Below the pieces are notes generated by a model, which was given only the letters and a program-made list of their open reading frames with translations, did not search any database and was not told where the DNA came from. Made by a program: the position numbers and the translations under genes. Source: an uncultured Cytophagales bacterium (GTDB taxonomy: Bacteria; Bacteroidota; Bacteroidia; Cytophagales; JAAEPT01). Taken from it: a stretch of 64,000 bases of DNA. The DNA lies in NCBI GenBank assembly GCA_963736575.1, contig CAVTPD010000001.1:790340-854339 (forward strand), written 5' to 3'. This document shows positions 17,215 to 26,811 of the stretch, in pieces; position 1 is the stretch's first letter; each line of letters opens with the position of its first letter.

Positions 17215-19577
17215 ATGAAAAAGATCCATTTATTTCTGTTTAGCCTGTTTTTAATAGGCTATTCCTACAACGCCTTTGCCGATTATCCAATAGTTAGCTA
17301 TAGTTATTTGGCAGATCCTGGTGCTATATGGCATGAAGGACGTTTATATGTTTATTGCTCTAATGATAACGAGAATCCAATAGGTGGGTCATCTTATGAA
17401 ATGAGTACAATTGTATGTGTTTCTAGTGCCGACTTGAAAAACTGGACAAACCATGGAGTTGTATTAAATACGGATAATGTATCGTGGTCACGTCTTAGCT
17501 GGGCTCCTTCTCCAGTATATAAGAATGGGAAGTTTTATTTATATTATGGTAACGGAGGTAGTGCAATAGGTGTGGCTGTATCTGACAGTCCAACAGGACC
17601 TTTTGTTGACCCCGTAGGTCGTAGTATCGCTAATGGCAACACACCTGGGGTACAACCTTTTGATGGTTGGTTATTTGACCCTATGACTTTTGTTGATGAC
17701 GATGGACAGGCATACATGTATTTTGGTGGTAATGGAGACAACAACATGCGGGTTGCACACCTTAATGATGATATGATTAGTATTAATGGTAACGTTGGAA
17801 AAATAAACGTTCCAAACTTATTTGAAGCGGCTTGGTTACATAAGTACAATGGAAAATATTATTTTACGTATTCCACAAACCCTCAAATGGTATGCGAATT
17901 GATTATATGACGAGTGACAATCCTTGTCTGGTTTTACCTACGGGGGTGTAGTATCTGATCAACCACCAATTAACAATAATAATAACCACCAGGCGATTGT
18001 AGAAATAGAAGGTGAGTGGTACCAGGTGTATCATAACCGAATTGTTGCACGAGACAAACTTGGAACAGCTGAAATGCCATATCATAGAAATCTGGCGATA
18101 GATAAATTTACTCATAATGGCAATGGCACAATTAATAAGATGGTAAATACTGTTGATGGTGTTAAACAACTTAAATACTTGAGATCCTTTCGTACGTGTA
18201 GAAGCAGAAACGATGAGCAATCAGAACGGTATTGATGTCGAAGTTTGTAGTGCTGGAGGAATGAACATTAGGCTTTCTTGATAACAACGATTGGACAATG
18301 GTGGAAGGCGTTAGATTTTGGAACAGCGGGAGCCAAAAGTTTCTCAGCTAGCTGTAGCAAGTAATAAAACGGGCGGTTCTATTGAGATAAGATTGGGCAG
18401 TCCAACTGGAACCTTAGTTGGAACCTTGCCGGTACCTAATACGGGTGGTTTTCAAAGCTGGCAGGAAAAATCTGTAACTATTAATACTGTTACAGGAGTT
18501 CACAATGTTTATTTCGTTTTCAAAGGAAATTCAGCCAGTTTATTTAATGTGGATCATTGGATGTTTGAAGAAGCTGCCGGTGCTCCTAAGATTAGTATAG
18601 TTTCTCCAATGGATGGTGACTCACTTTTTACAGGTGAAGATGTAACCATTGACGCAAGTGTTTCGGATGAAGACGGAACCATTACTAATGTTTTTTATTA
18701 CGTCAACGATCAATTGGTACAGGAAGAATGGGTAGCCCCTTATGCCTTTAATTATGTATTCCAAACAACTGGAGTTTACGAAATTAGAGCCATAGCTACC
18801 GATAACGATGGCAATAAAAAAGAAGACATCATTTCTGTAAAGGTGTTTATTCCTCAAGCCCCATTTAATGGAGTTCACACTATACCGGGCAGGATAGAAG
18901 CAGAAGATTACGATGTTGGCGGACAAGGTTTTGCACATAATGATATAGATGCTATAAATGAAGGCAATTCTGATTACAGAGCCGGAGATGGGGTAGATGT
19001 AGAAGAAACCCAAGATATTGAAGGAGAGTACAACGTAGGGTATATCCGTAATGGAGAATGGTTGGAATATACTGTTGAAGTGGCTAGTGATGGCATGTAT
19101 GATCTAGATTTACGAATGGCTACCGAAGGTGATGGAAAAATACTTCACATAGAAGTAGACGGACAAAACGTTTCTGGTCCTGTGGCCGTACCAAATACTG
19201 AAGGCTGGCAAATTTGGGGCACAACAACGGTTGAAGATTTAAATCTTACTGCCGGAACACATGTACTTCGATTGGTTTTTGATTCAGACTACATGAATTT
19301 GAATTACATGGAATTCAGAAACCAAGTGGTTACGTCATTAAATAATTCTGAAGTAACTGGTATAGCAATTTATCCTAATCCGTTTAATAACGCAGGGATT
19401 AAGCTTATTCTAAACGGAAGTTTTCAATATGAAATTAGCGATATCAAAGGTACCCGTCTTGAATTTGGAAAAGGCGAAGATAATGTTCTAGTAGGAAGAT
19501 CATTAGAGCCAGGGATATACTTTATTACTATTCATAATAACATAGGTTCAGAGACTAAAAGAGTCATTAAATTCTAA
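17215..19577 (+). pseudogene. GH43 arabinoxylan arabinofuranohydrolase (XynD-like GH43 + CBM6) + Ig-like + CBM6(B) + T9SS CTD, broken by about six frameshifts
   Basis: Three track ORFs (17215..17910, 17924..18235, 18318..19577), plus unlisted frame segments, together read as one protein: ...YSTNPQ/NGMRIDYMTSDNP/LSGFTYGGVV...KQLKYL/DPFVRVEAETMSNQNGIDVEVCSAGGMNI/GFLDNNDWTMVEGV/DFGTAGAKSFSAS/VASNKTGGSIEIRLG... Confidence 0.75.
18849..19318 (+). repeat. CBM6 module, subtype B (copy 4)
   Basis: Same consensus as 9292-9762. Confidence 0.8.
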
Positions 19578-21421
19578 TGCGGTTATTAGTTAACCGGATA
19601 ATTAAAAATGGTTTAAGACAAGTAACCCTTTTGGTTACTTGTCTTTTAATCGGTTTTCAAGCAGTATCTCAAGACCCAAATTTTCATATCTATTTAAGTT
19701 TTGGTCAATCCAATATGGCTGGTTCCGGAGATATTGAAGCACAAGATGTAACTGGCGTTGATACTAGATTTCAATTTATGAAACCACAAAACTGTCCTTC
19801 TAAAAATCAATATGCAGGGAATTGGTATACCGGTGTCCCACCACTTTGGGGGTGTAGCGGAGGTATTGGTCCGTCTGATTATTTTGGAAGAACCATGGCA
19901 GAAAACTTACCTTCCGAAGTAAAAGTTGGCGTTGTAGTAGTTGCCGTTCCGGGTTGTAAAATTGAATTGTTTGGGAAAACAGGATATGAGGGTTTAGATA
20001 CCTACAACAATGTACCTGCCCAATATAATGGCAGTGCTTATGCCTGGTTGCTGGATTTAGCTAAAAAAGCCCAGAAAGACGGTGTTATAAAAGGATTTTT
20101 GCTGCATCAAGGAGAATCGAATTCGGGTGATCAGCAGTGGCCAAATAAAGTAAAAGCAGTATATGATAATCTCATAAAAGATTTAGCATTGAATGCTGAA
20201 GAGACTCCTTTGCTGGCAGGTGAATTATTATACAGTGAGTTTAACAGCTGCTGTTCGGGACATAACAGAATTGTTGCCACATTGCCTAATGTAATTCCCA
20301 ATGCGCATGTAATTTCTGCTGCAGGATTACCGGGTAAAGATGTTTATCATTTTAATTCTGAAGGAAACAGAGAATTTGGTAGAAGGTATGCAGAAAAAAT
20401 GTTAGAGCTGTTACCACCTACCGTTTCCGTTAAGTTAACCAGTCCGGGTAAAGATACAACGGTAGTTGTCCCATCAGAGATTTATATAGAAGCGGAAGTT
20501 TCGGATCCAAATGCTATACAGACATTGCAATTTTATGTTAATGGACAACAAATAGGAAATACAGAATGGGTAGCACCCTATTTTACAACTTTTTCAGCTA
20601 CTGAAGTCGGAATTTATGAAGTAACAGCTGTAGTAAGTACAGCTAATGGTACTCAGATCAAATCCGAGTTGGTAATGATAAGAGCTAATCTCCCAAGAGC
20701 TCCCTTTGGAGGTGTAATCCATACTATTCCGGGTAGGATTGAAGCCGAAAATTACGATGTTGGTGGACAAGGATTTGCACACAATGATTTAGACGCTATA
20801 AACGATGGGGATTCCGATTACAGAGCCGGTGACGGAGTAGATGTGGAAGAAACCCAAGATGTAGAAGGAGATTATAATGTTGGTTACATCCGCAACGGAG
20901 AATGGTTGGAATATACCGTTGATGTGGCAGCAGATGGTATGTACGATTTGGATTTAAGAATGGCAGCTGATGGTGATAATAAAACACTTCATCTGGAAAT
21001 GGACGGAGAAAATATTACCGGTGCGGTTTCCGTGCCAAACACCGCAGGTTGGCAAGTATGGGAAACGGTTACCGTTCAAGATATTGAATTAACAGCAGGC
21101 GAACATGTAATGCGTATTGCCTTTGATTCGGATTATATGAACCTGAATTACATGCGCTTTAATGGAATAGTTACCGGTGATAATACTGAAGCCGAAACGA
21201 TATTTAAAGTTTACCCAAACCCATACACGCAAAATGGTTTTAAGATTTTTTCAATAGGAGAGTTTAGCTATCAAATAACAGAAGAGGCTAATGGGCAGCT
21301 ATTGGAAACAGGTAAGGGAACTAATTCTGTTACGGCCGGCCAACACCTTAAAACAGGACTTTACATTCTGAAAGTTTCTACTAAGAATGGATTATCTGTT
21401 CAGAAAATAATAAAACAATAA
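19577..21421 (+). CDS. SASA/SGNH-type carbohydrate O-acetylesterase (probable acetylxylan esterase) + Ig-like + CBM6(B) + T9SS CTD
   Basis: GQSNMAGSG motif near the N-terminus and HQGESN later. The start overlaps the upstream stop (TAATG). The C-terminus has KVYPNPY...GLYILKVSTKNGLSVQKIIKQ. Confidence 0.8.
   Translation: MRLLVNRIIKNGLRQVTLLVTCLLIGFQAVSQDPNFHIYLSFGQSNMAGSGDIEAQDVTGVDTRFQFMKPQNCPSKNQYAGNWYTGVPPLWGCSGGIGPSDYFGRTMAENLPSEVKVGVVVVAVPGCKIELFGKTGYEGLDTYNNVPAQYNGSAYAWLLDLAKKAQKDGVIKGFLLHQGESNSGDQQWPNKVKAVYDNLIKDLALNAEETPLLAGELLYSEFNSCCSGHNRIVATLPNVIPNAHVISAAGLPGKDVYHFNSEGNREFGRRYAEKMLELLPPTVSVKLTSPGKDTTVVVPSEIYIEAEVSDPNAIQTLQFYVNGQQIGNTEWVAPYFTTFSATEVGIYEVTAVVSTANGTQIKSELVMIRANLPRAPFGGVIHTIPGRIEAENYDVGGQGFAHNDLDAINDGDSDYRAGDGVDVEETQDVEGDYNVGYIRNGEWLEYTVDVAADGMYDLDLRMAADGDNKTLHLEMDGENITGAVSVPNTAGWQVWETVTVQDIELTAGEHVMRIAFDSDYMNLNYMRFNGIVTGDNTEAETIFKVYPNPYTQNGFKIFSIGEFSYQITEEANGQLLETGKGTNSVTAGQHLKTGLYILKVSTKNGLSVQKIIKQ
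20690..21160 (+). repeat. CBM6 module, subtype B (copy 5)
   Basis: Same consensus as 9292-9762. Confidence 0.8.
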
Positions 21422-21432
21422 AAACGATTCTA

Positions 21433-23970
21433 ATGAAAAGAATATTATCAATATTTATCTTTTTGATCAATCTCTCCGTCTACGGGCAAACTACTAGTAA
21501 ATACATTGTAGTAGATCAATTTGGATACAGACCTGCAACAGAAAAAGTAGCTGTAATTCGTGATCCAGCTATGGGTTACGATGCAGGAGCGTATTTTACA
21601 CCTGGAAATACCTATGCGTTAGTTAATGAGGAAACAAATGCACAGGTTTATACGGGAACACCTACTGTTTGGAAGAACGGGCAAATTGATAGCACAGCCG
21701 GTGATCGTGCTTGGTGGTTCGATTTTTCTTCTTACACTACGCCGGGGACCTACTATATTCTGGATGTTGAAAGGAATGCAAAATCTTACACATTCGAAAT
21801 TCGAGAAGATATTTACAATGTTGTTCTAAAGCAGGCTGTAAGAACATTCTTCTATCAACGATCTGGTTATGCCAAAGAACAACCTTATGCAGAAAAAGGC
21901 TGGGTAGATGGCGCTTCCCACATAGGCCCTCTTCAGGATAAAAACTGCCGTTATTATCTCTCTCCCAACGATGCTTCTACGGAAAAAGATCTACATGGTG
22001 GTTGGTATGATGCGGGTGATGAGAACAAGTATACGGCTTGGACAGCGGGGTATATTATAGAAATGTTAAAAATGTTTGAAGAAGCACCTTCGGTGTGGAC
22101 AGATGATTTTAATATTCCTGAATCGAATAATGGTTTTCCAGATATACTTGATGAAGCCAAGTGGGGAATGGATCACCTGCTTCGGCTACAAAATAATGAC
22201 GGTAGTTTAATTGCCTTAGTGGGAGTAGAGTCCGCTAGTCCACCTTCAAGTGCTACGGGTCAAAGTCTTTATTCAAATGTAAATACTTCAGCTACACGAA
22301 AAGCGGCTGCAGCCTATGCATTTGGTGCAAGAATATTTAAAGAAGCAGGTTTACTGTGCTATGCAGATACATTAGATCAAGCCGCTCTTAAGGCGTGGGA
22401 GTGGGCCGAAGCTAATCCCGATGTAATGTGGTCTAATGTAGGCACAGGTGTAGGAGCAGGTGATCCTGAAGTAGGAGAATACAGCTTGAAGGTCATTCGC
22501 TTAGAGGCTGCCATGCAGATTTTTGCCCTCACTGGAGATACTAAATACCGTGATATATTTGATGCTGGATTTGAAGGAGTGCATTTAGCAGAATGGTGGT
22601 ATGCCTTTCCATATGAGCATTATGAGCAGGAAGTTCTACTCTATTATACCAAATTACCGAACGCTACTGAAAGTGCTGTTAGTGCTATAAAGGAAATATA
22701 CAATGTTGCCATTGGTAGAGAAAATAACCTTGGTATAGTGGAAACCGAAAAAAGTGCCTACAAAGCTTATTTAGAATCTTATGTATGGGGAAGTAATAAC
22801 ATTGCTTCCATGCAAGGATTAATGTTTTATGAAGTGGCTATTTATAATATAAATGCGGGAAAAGAAGCACAAGCTCTTAGTGCAGCTGAAAACTATTTAC
22901 ACTACTTACACGGAGTCAATCCATTGCAGTATTGTTATTTAACTAATATGAATAGTTATGGCGCAGAAAACTCTGTTTCACAAATTTTTCATAGTTGGTT
23001 TTCTGACGATAGTAATTTATGGGACCAAGCGGGTGTTTCGGCCTACGGGCCTGCGCCTGGTTTTCTTGCCGGAGGACCAAATTCCGGATACAATATTGAT
23101 GGGTGCTGTCCAAATAGTTGTGGTAGCTCAGGCAATAATGCCCTATGCAACAACATTCAAGTGCAATCTGCCATTAATCAACCGCCAATGAAATCCTATG
23201 CAGATATTAATGATGGATGGCCAACCAATTCATGGTCTATAACGGAAAATAGTTGTGGTTATCAGGCTTCGTACATCCGATTGTTATCCAAGTTTGTACA
23301 GGCAAATGGTTCAGGAGAGTTCCCTGCTGTAGATGATATAGATGAGGACGGTAAAGGTGATGCATGCGATTCGGATGCGGATGGAGATGGGTTTGATAAC
23401 ACTATAGATTGTGATGATTTTGATGCTAATGCTACCATTGTAAAAACCTGGTATGCAGATACAGATGCGGATGGTTATGGGGATAATACAAATACCAGTT
23501 TAGCTTGCAAGCAAGCGGTGGGTTATATTGCGGTTGGCAATGATGATTGTCCAAACGACCCAAATAAAACCGAGTCTGGCGATTGTGGTTGTGGCAATAC
23601 AGAAGAAAGCTGTCTTGACTGTGCAGGGGTACCAAACGGTGATGCTTTTAAAGACATCTGTAAACAATGTGCCGGAGGTACCACGGGAATAACACCAGTT
23701 ATAGATCCAGATGCGTGTGTGATTTCTTCTACACCTGAGGAAACAACCTTAAATAAGGTAGCTGTTTATCCGAATCCTTTTGAGAATACAACACTCATTG
23801 AATACCCAGGCAATTTTCAGTATGAAATCATAGATACTAAAGGAAACGTGATTGTATCGGATGTTGGAATTGATAGAGTAATTGTTGGGAAAATACTGCC
23901 ATCAGGTGCTCTAGTGGTGAAAATAATTAGTTCCGATGGTATTCATTTTATTAAGATGATTAAAAATTAA
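21433..23970 (+). CDS. GH9 glycoside hydrolase with an N-terminal Ig-like (CelD_N-type) domain, an Asp/Cys-rich thrombospondin-type-3-like Ca-binding region and a T9SS CTD
   Basis: GGWYDAGDENKY (GH9 signature), LAGGPNSGY and ITENSCGYQASYI. The region DEDGKGDACDSDADGDGFDNTIDCDD..DTDADGYGD follows. The C-terminus has VAVYPNPF. No CBM6. Confidence 0.8.
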   Translation: MKRILSIFIFLINLSVYGQTTSKYIVVDQFGYRPATEKVAVIRDPAMGYDAGAYFTPGNTYALVNEETNAQVYTGTPTVWKNGQIDSTAGDRAWWFDFSSYTTPGTYYILDVERNAKSYTFEIREDIYNVVLKQAVRTFFYQRSGYAKEQPYAEKGWVDGASHIGPLQDKNCRYYLSPNDASTEKDLHGGWYDAGDENKYTAWTAGYIIEMLKMFEEAPSVWTDDFNIPESNNGFPDILDEAKWGMDHLLRLQNNDGSLIALVGVESASPPSSATGQSLYSNVNTSATRKAAAAYAFGARIFKEAGLLCYADTLDQAALKAWEWAEANPDVMWSNVGTGVGAGDPEVGEYSLKVIRLEAAMQIFALTGDTKYRDIFDAGFEGVHLAEWWYAFPYEHYEQEVLLYYTKLPNATESAVSAIKEIYNVAIGRENNLGIVETEKSAYKAYLESYVWGSNNIASMQGLMFYEVAIYNINAGKEAQALSAAENYLHYLHGVNPLQYCYLTNMNSYGAENSVSQIFHSWFSDDSNLWDQAGVSAYGPAPGFLAGGPNSGYNIDGCCPNSCGSSGNNALCNNIQVQSAINQPPMKSYADINDGWPTNSWSITENSCGYQASYIRLLSKFVQANGSGEFPAVDDIDEDGKGDACDSDADGDGFDNTIDCDDFDANATIVKTWYADTDADGYGDNTNTSLACKQAVGYIAVGNDDCPNDPNKTESGDCGCGNTEESCLDCAGVPNGDAFKDICKQCAGGTTGITPVIDPDACVISSTPEETTLNKVAVYPNPFENTTLIEYPGNFQYEIIDTKGNVIVSDVGIDRVIVGKILPSGALVVKIISSDGIHFIKMIKN

Positions 23971-23982
23971 AATACTATCATT

Positions 23983-26811
23983 ATGAATAAATTCTTATCA
24001 ATTTTTGTTTTGCTGGCTTTTTTACCAGGATTGGTAACAGCACAAGCCGGGCCTGGTCTTGGCAACTTAACGTATTCTAATGCTGAATTATACAATAGCA
24101 TTTGGGACTACACCGAGATCAACCACATGGGGTCAACTATGCCTACCATGGTTAACGGTTATTTGATTACAACTTTTCACCCCGATAGTGGAAAACCACC
24201 AGGTGGGATTTTGGTTTGGGATGTATCAGACCCTAGAAATCCCGTATTGATTAAAAGAGTGTATGATGCTCGTACCTCTTCTTTTAGAGAGATGCATGCC
24301 GTGCCTCAACACGGCAACTACATCATTTTTCAGGATGGATGCGGTTTTCAGATTTGGGATTTTAGTAACCCGAGAGATCCACAGCAAGTTATTAGACATT
24401 GCATGGATGGATATGCCCACGATGATTATGGTTCTGCGTGGCAAATTTCATGGCAGGCACCCTACATTTACATTGCAAACGGAGGTGCTGGATTTGATGT
24501 GATTGATGCGACAGACATGCGTAATCCTCGTAAAGTAAAGCACATTTTCACCCCTCGGCAGGTAGGGACTATTCAGGCGGTAGGGAATTTGCTGTATACG
24601 TCGGCGCATGATCTTGGTCGTGGTATTACATTATATGACATAAGTAACCCCTTGGATCCTCAACTGATTAATAGCTATTCCAACACCGAGAATATGTACG
24701 CTTCATCAATGAACGGAAACAGAGCCGTGATTTCCGCCAGAGGAAATGCCAATAACGGTTTATTTAGTGCTTATGATATTAGTGATCCTTTTAACATTAA
24801 GAAAATGGGATCTTTAGATATTGGCAACAGAGGAGAGCAACTTTATAATAGTTCTCAAGACCATTTTATTTTTCAAGGTTGCCAAGATGAAGTTGTAAAG
24901 ATAGATGCCTCTGACCCATATAATCTTAAAATCGTTGGTAGAGGCCATTTGGTAACGGGTGATGTAGATCACGGACAAGTAACGCCTTTTGGTAATTTAA
25001 TATTTGTAGGTAACGATCATGGTTCCGGAAGCGGTTTCTGGGTACATCAATCAGCACCTGATACCAAGGCTCCGGAAGTGAACATGATTGTGCCAAGAGC
25101 GAATTCTGTGAACAGAGCATTGACCAGCCGTATAGGTATTACACTTACGGATAACATTATGAATGAGTCCATTAACACGGATAATTTCATTGTACGTCCA
25201 ATAGGAGGGCAAAAGATTGATGGAAAATTCAGTTATGCATTCTCAACGATTAACTTTTCTCCCGCACAGCCTTTACAAACTAATACAACGTATGAGGTTT
25301 ACATTCCTGTAGGTGGAATAAAAGACGTTGTTGGAAATCCTATAGCCGAACCATTTGTGTCTTACTTTTCAACTGGACCAACAGGTGAATTTCCACCGGC
25401 TAAAGGAAACACACCATGGGTTTTTGAAGAAAATGGACAGGTTTCCTTATTCTGGAATAACATTTCAAATGCGAATTCATACATCATAAAAAGGGGACTT
25501 TCTACTACTGGTCCTTTTGAGGAAATAGCCACTACAACAGGTACATTTTATACGGATTCTGATGTTGAAAATGATCAGTATTATTATTACACCATTTCGG
25601 GTGAAAACAGTTTTGGCGAAGGAACTACATCTGGTGTTACAAGAGCAATGCCAGCGTTGTACATTACCGATCTTGACTGGGTTTCTGCTTCTAATGAATG
25701 GGGACCTGTAGAAAAAGATCAAAGTAATGGGGAGAATGATCCTGATGATGGCGATTATATTTCATTAAACGGGCAGGTATACAGCAGAGGGGTAGGTGTT
25801 CATGCGAATTCAACAGTGCGTTATAATCTTTCCGCAGGCAATTATCAGCGTTTTACAAGTGACATCGGAATTGACGATGAAGTAGGTACAGGTGGTTCTG
25901 TAATATTCACTGTTTTAGCTGATGGCAATGAACTATTTAACAGTGGGTTAATGACAGGAGAGGATCCTACACAAACTGTAGATGTAGATATTTCCGGTGC
26001 AAATACATTAACGTTAACTGTTTTATCCGATGGTGATGCAGGTCTGGATCACGCATCTTGGGGAGGAGCTCGATTAAGATTGCCACAAAGACCGTATAAT
26101 GGTTTTGCCCATGTTATTCCCGGTAAAATAGAGGTCGAAGAATATGATTTAGGAGGAAATAACCTAGCCTATTATGATGCTACTCCCGGGAGTCAAACCG
26201 GTGTTGAATTTAGATTGAATGAAGACGTTGATCTGGAAAATTGTAGTGACGTCGGTGGGGGATATAACCTTGGTTGGAGCACTGCGGGTGAATGGCTGGA
26301 ATATACGGTTGATGTAAAATCAGCAGGAACTTATGACATCGAACTCAGAGTAGCCTGCAATGGTGATAACCGGACGCTTTCTCTGGAAATGGATGATTCG
26401 CCAATTGCTAATAATATAGCTGTACCAAATACAAGTGGATGGCAGGAATGGCAAACAGTAATTATTCCGGATGTAACATTAAAAGAAGGAGTACAAGTAA
26501 TGAAGCTGGTTGTGGGTGATGTAGATTTTGTTAATGTCAATTATGTGGTATTTACTGATATAGTTACTTCTGTGTTTGAAGTTCAATCCCAAAGTGTACA
26601 AGCTGTTCCAAATCCATTCAATGAAGAAGGTTTTAGGCTGAAAGCAGAAGGCGGATACAGTTACAGAATATGTGATATAAGCGGTAAAATAATATCTAAA
26701 GGTAGGGCCGGTGGAGACATCGTTTTAGGTCAGAACCTAAAAAAGGGCCTGTATATTCTTCATGTAGAAACAGATAAAACTAGTAGTGAATTTAAAATGG
26801 TTAAACATTGA
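23983..26811 (+). CDS. multidomain secreted protein: LVIVD-repeat beta-propeller + SbsA-type Ig + FN3 + NPCBM + CBM6(A) + T9SS CTD, with no recognisable catalytic domain
   Basis: Six repeats of the (I/V)xDxS(N/D)Pxx(P)xx(I/V) LVIVD pattern. The NPCBM-like block reads LDWVSASNEWGPVEKDQSNGE...GVGVHANSTVRYNL...FTSDIGIDDEVG..GSVIFTV. The C-terminus has AVPNPF...GLYILHVETDKTSSEFKMVKH. Confidence 0.75.
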   Translation: MNKFLSIFVLLAFLPGLVTAQAGPGLGNLTYSNAELYNSIWDYTEINHMGSTMPTMVNGYLITTFHPDSGKPPGGILVWDVSDPRNPVLIKRVYDARTSSFREMHAVPQHGNYIIFQDGCGFQIWDFSNPRDPQQVIRHCMDGYAHDDYGSAWQISWQAPYIYIANGGAGFDVIDATDMRNPRKVKHIFTPRQVGTIQAVGNLLYTSAHDLGRGITLYDISNPLDPQLINSYSNTENMYASSMNGNRAVISARGNANNGLFSAYDISDPFNIKKMGSLDIGNRGEQLYNSSQDHFIFQGCQDEVVKIDASDPYNLKIVGRGHLVTGDVDHGQVTPFGNLIFVGNDHGSGSGFWVHQSAPDTKAPEVNMIVPRANSVNRALTSRIGITLTDNIMNESINTDNFIVRPIGGQKIDGKFSYAFSTINFSPAQPLQTNTTYEVYIPVGGIKDVVGNPIAEPFVSYFSTGPTGEFPPAKGNTPWVFEENGQVSLFWNNISNANSYIIKRGLSTTGPFEEIATTTGTFYTDSDVENDQYYYYTISGENSFGEGTTSGVTRAMPALYITDLDWVSASNEWGPVEKDQSNGENDPDDGDYISLNGQVYSRGVGVHANSTVRYNLSAGNYQRFTSDIGIDDEVGTGGSVIFTVLADGNELFNSGLMTGEDPTQTVDVDISGANTLTLTVLSDGDAGLDHASWGGARLRLPQRPYNGFAHVIPGKIEVEEYDLGGNNLAYYDATPGSQTGVEFRLNEDVDLENCSDVGGGYNLGWSTAGEWLEYTVDVKSAGTYDIELRVACNGDNRTLSLEMDDSPIANNIAVPNTSGWQEWQTVIIPDVTLKEGVQVMKLVVGDVDFVNVNYVVFTDIVTSVFEVQSQSVQAVPNPFNEEGFRLKAEGGYSYRICDISGKIISKGRAGGDIVLGQNLKKGLYILHVETDKTSSEFKMVKH
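26083..26553 (+). repeat. CBM6 module, subtype A (copy 2)
   Basis: Same consensus as 15908-16390. Confidence 0.8.
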
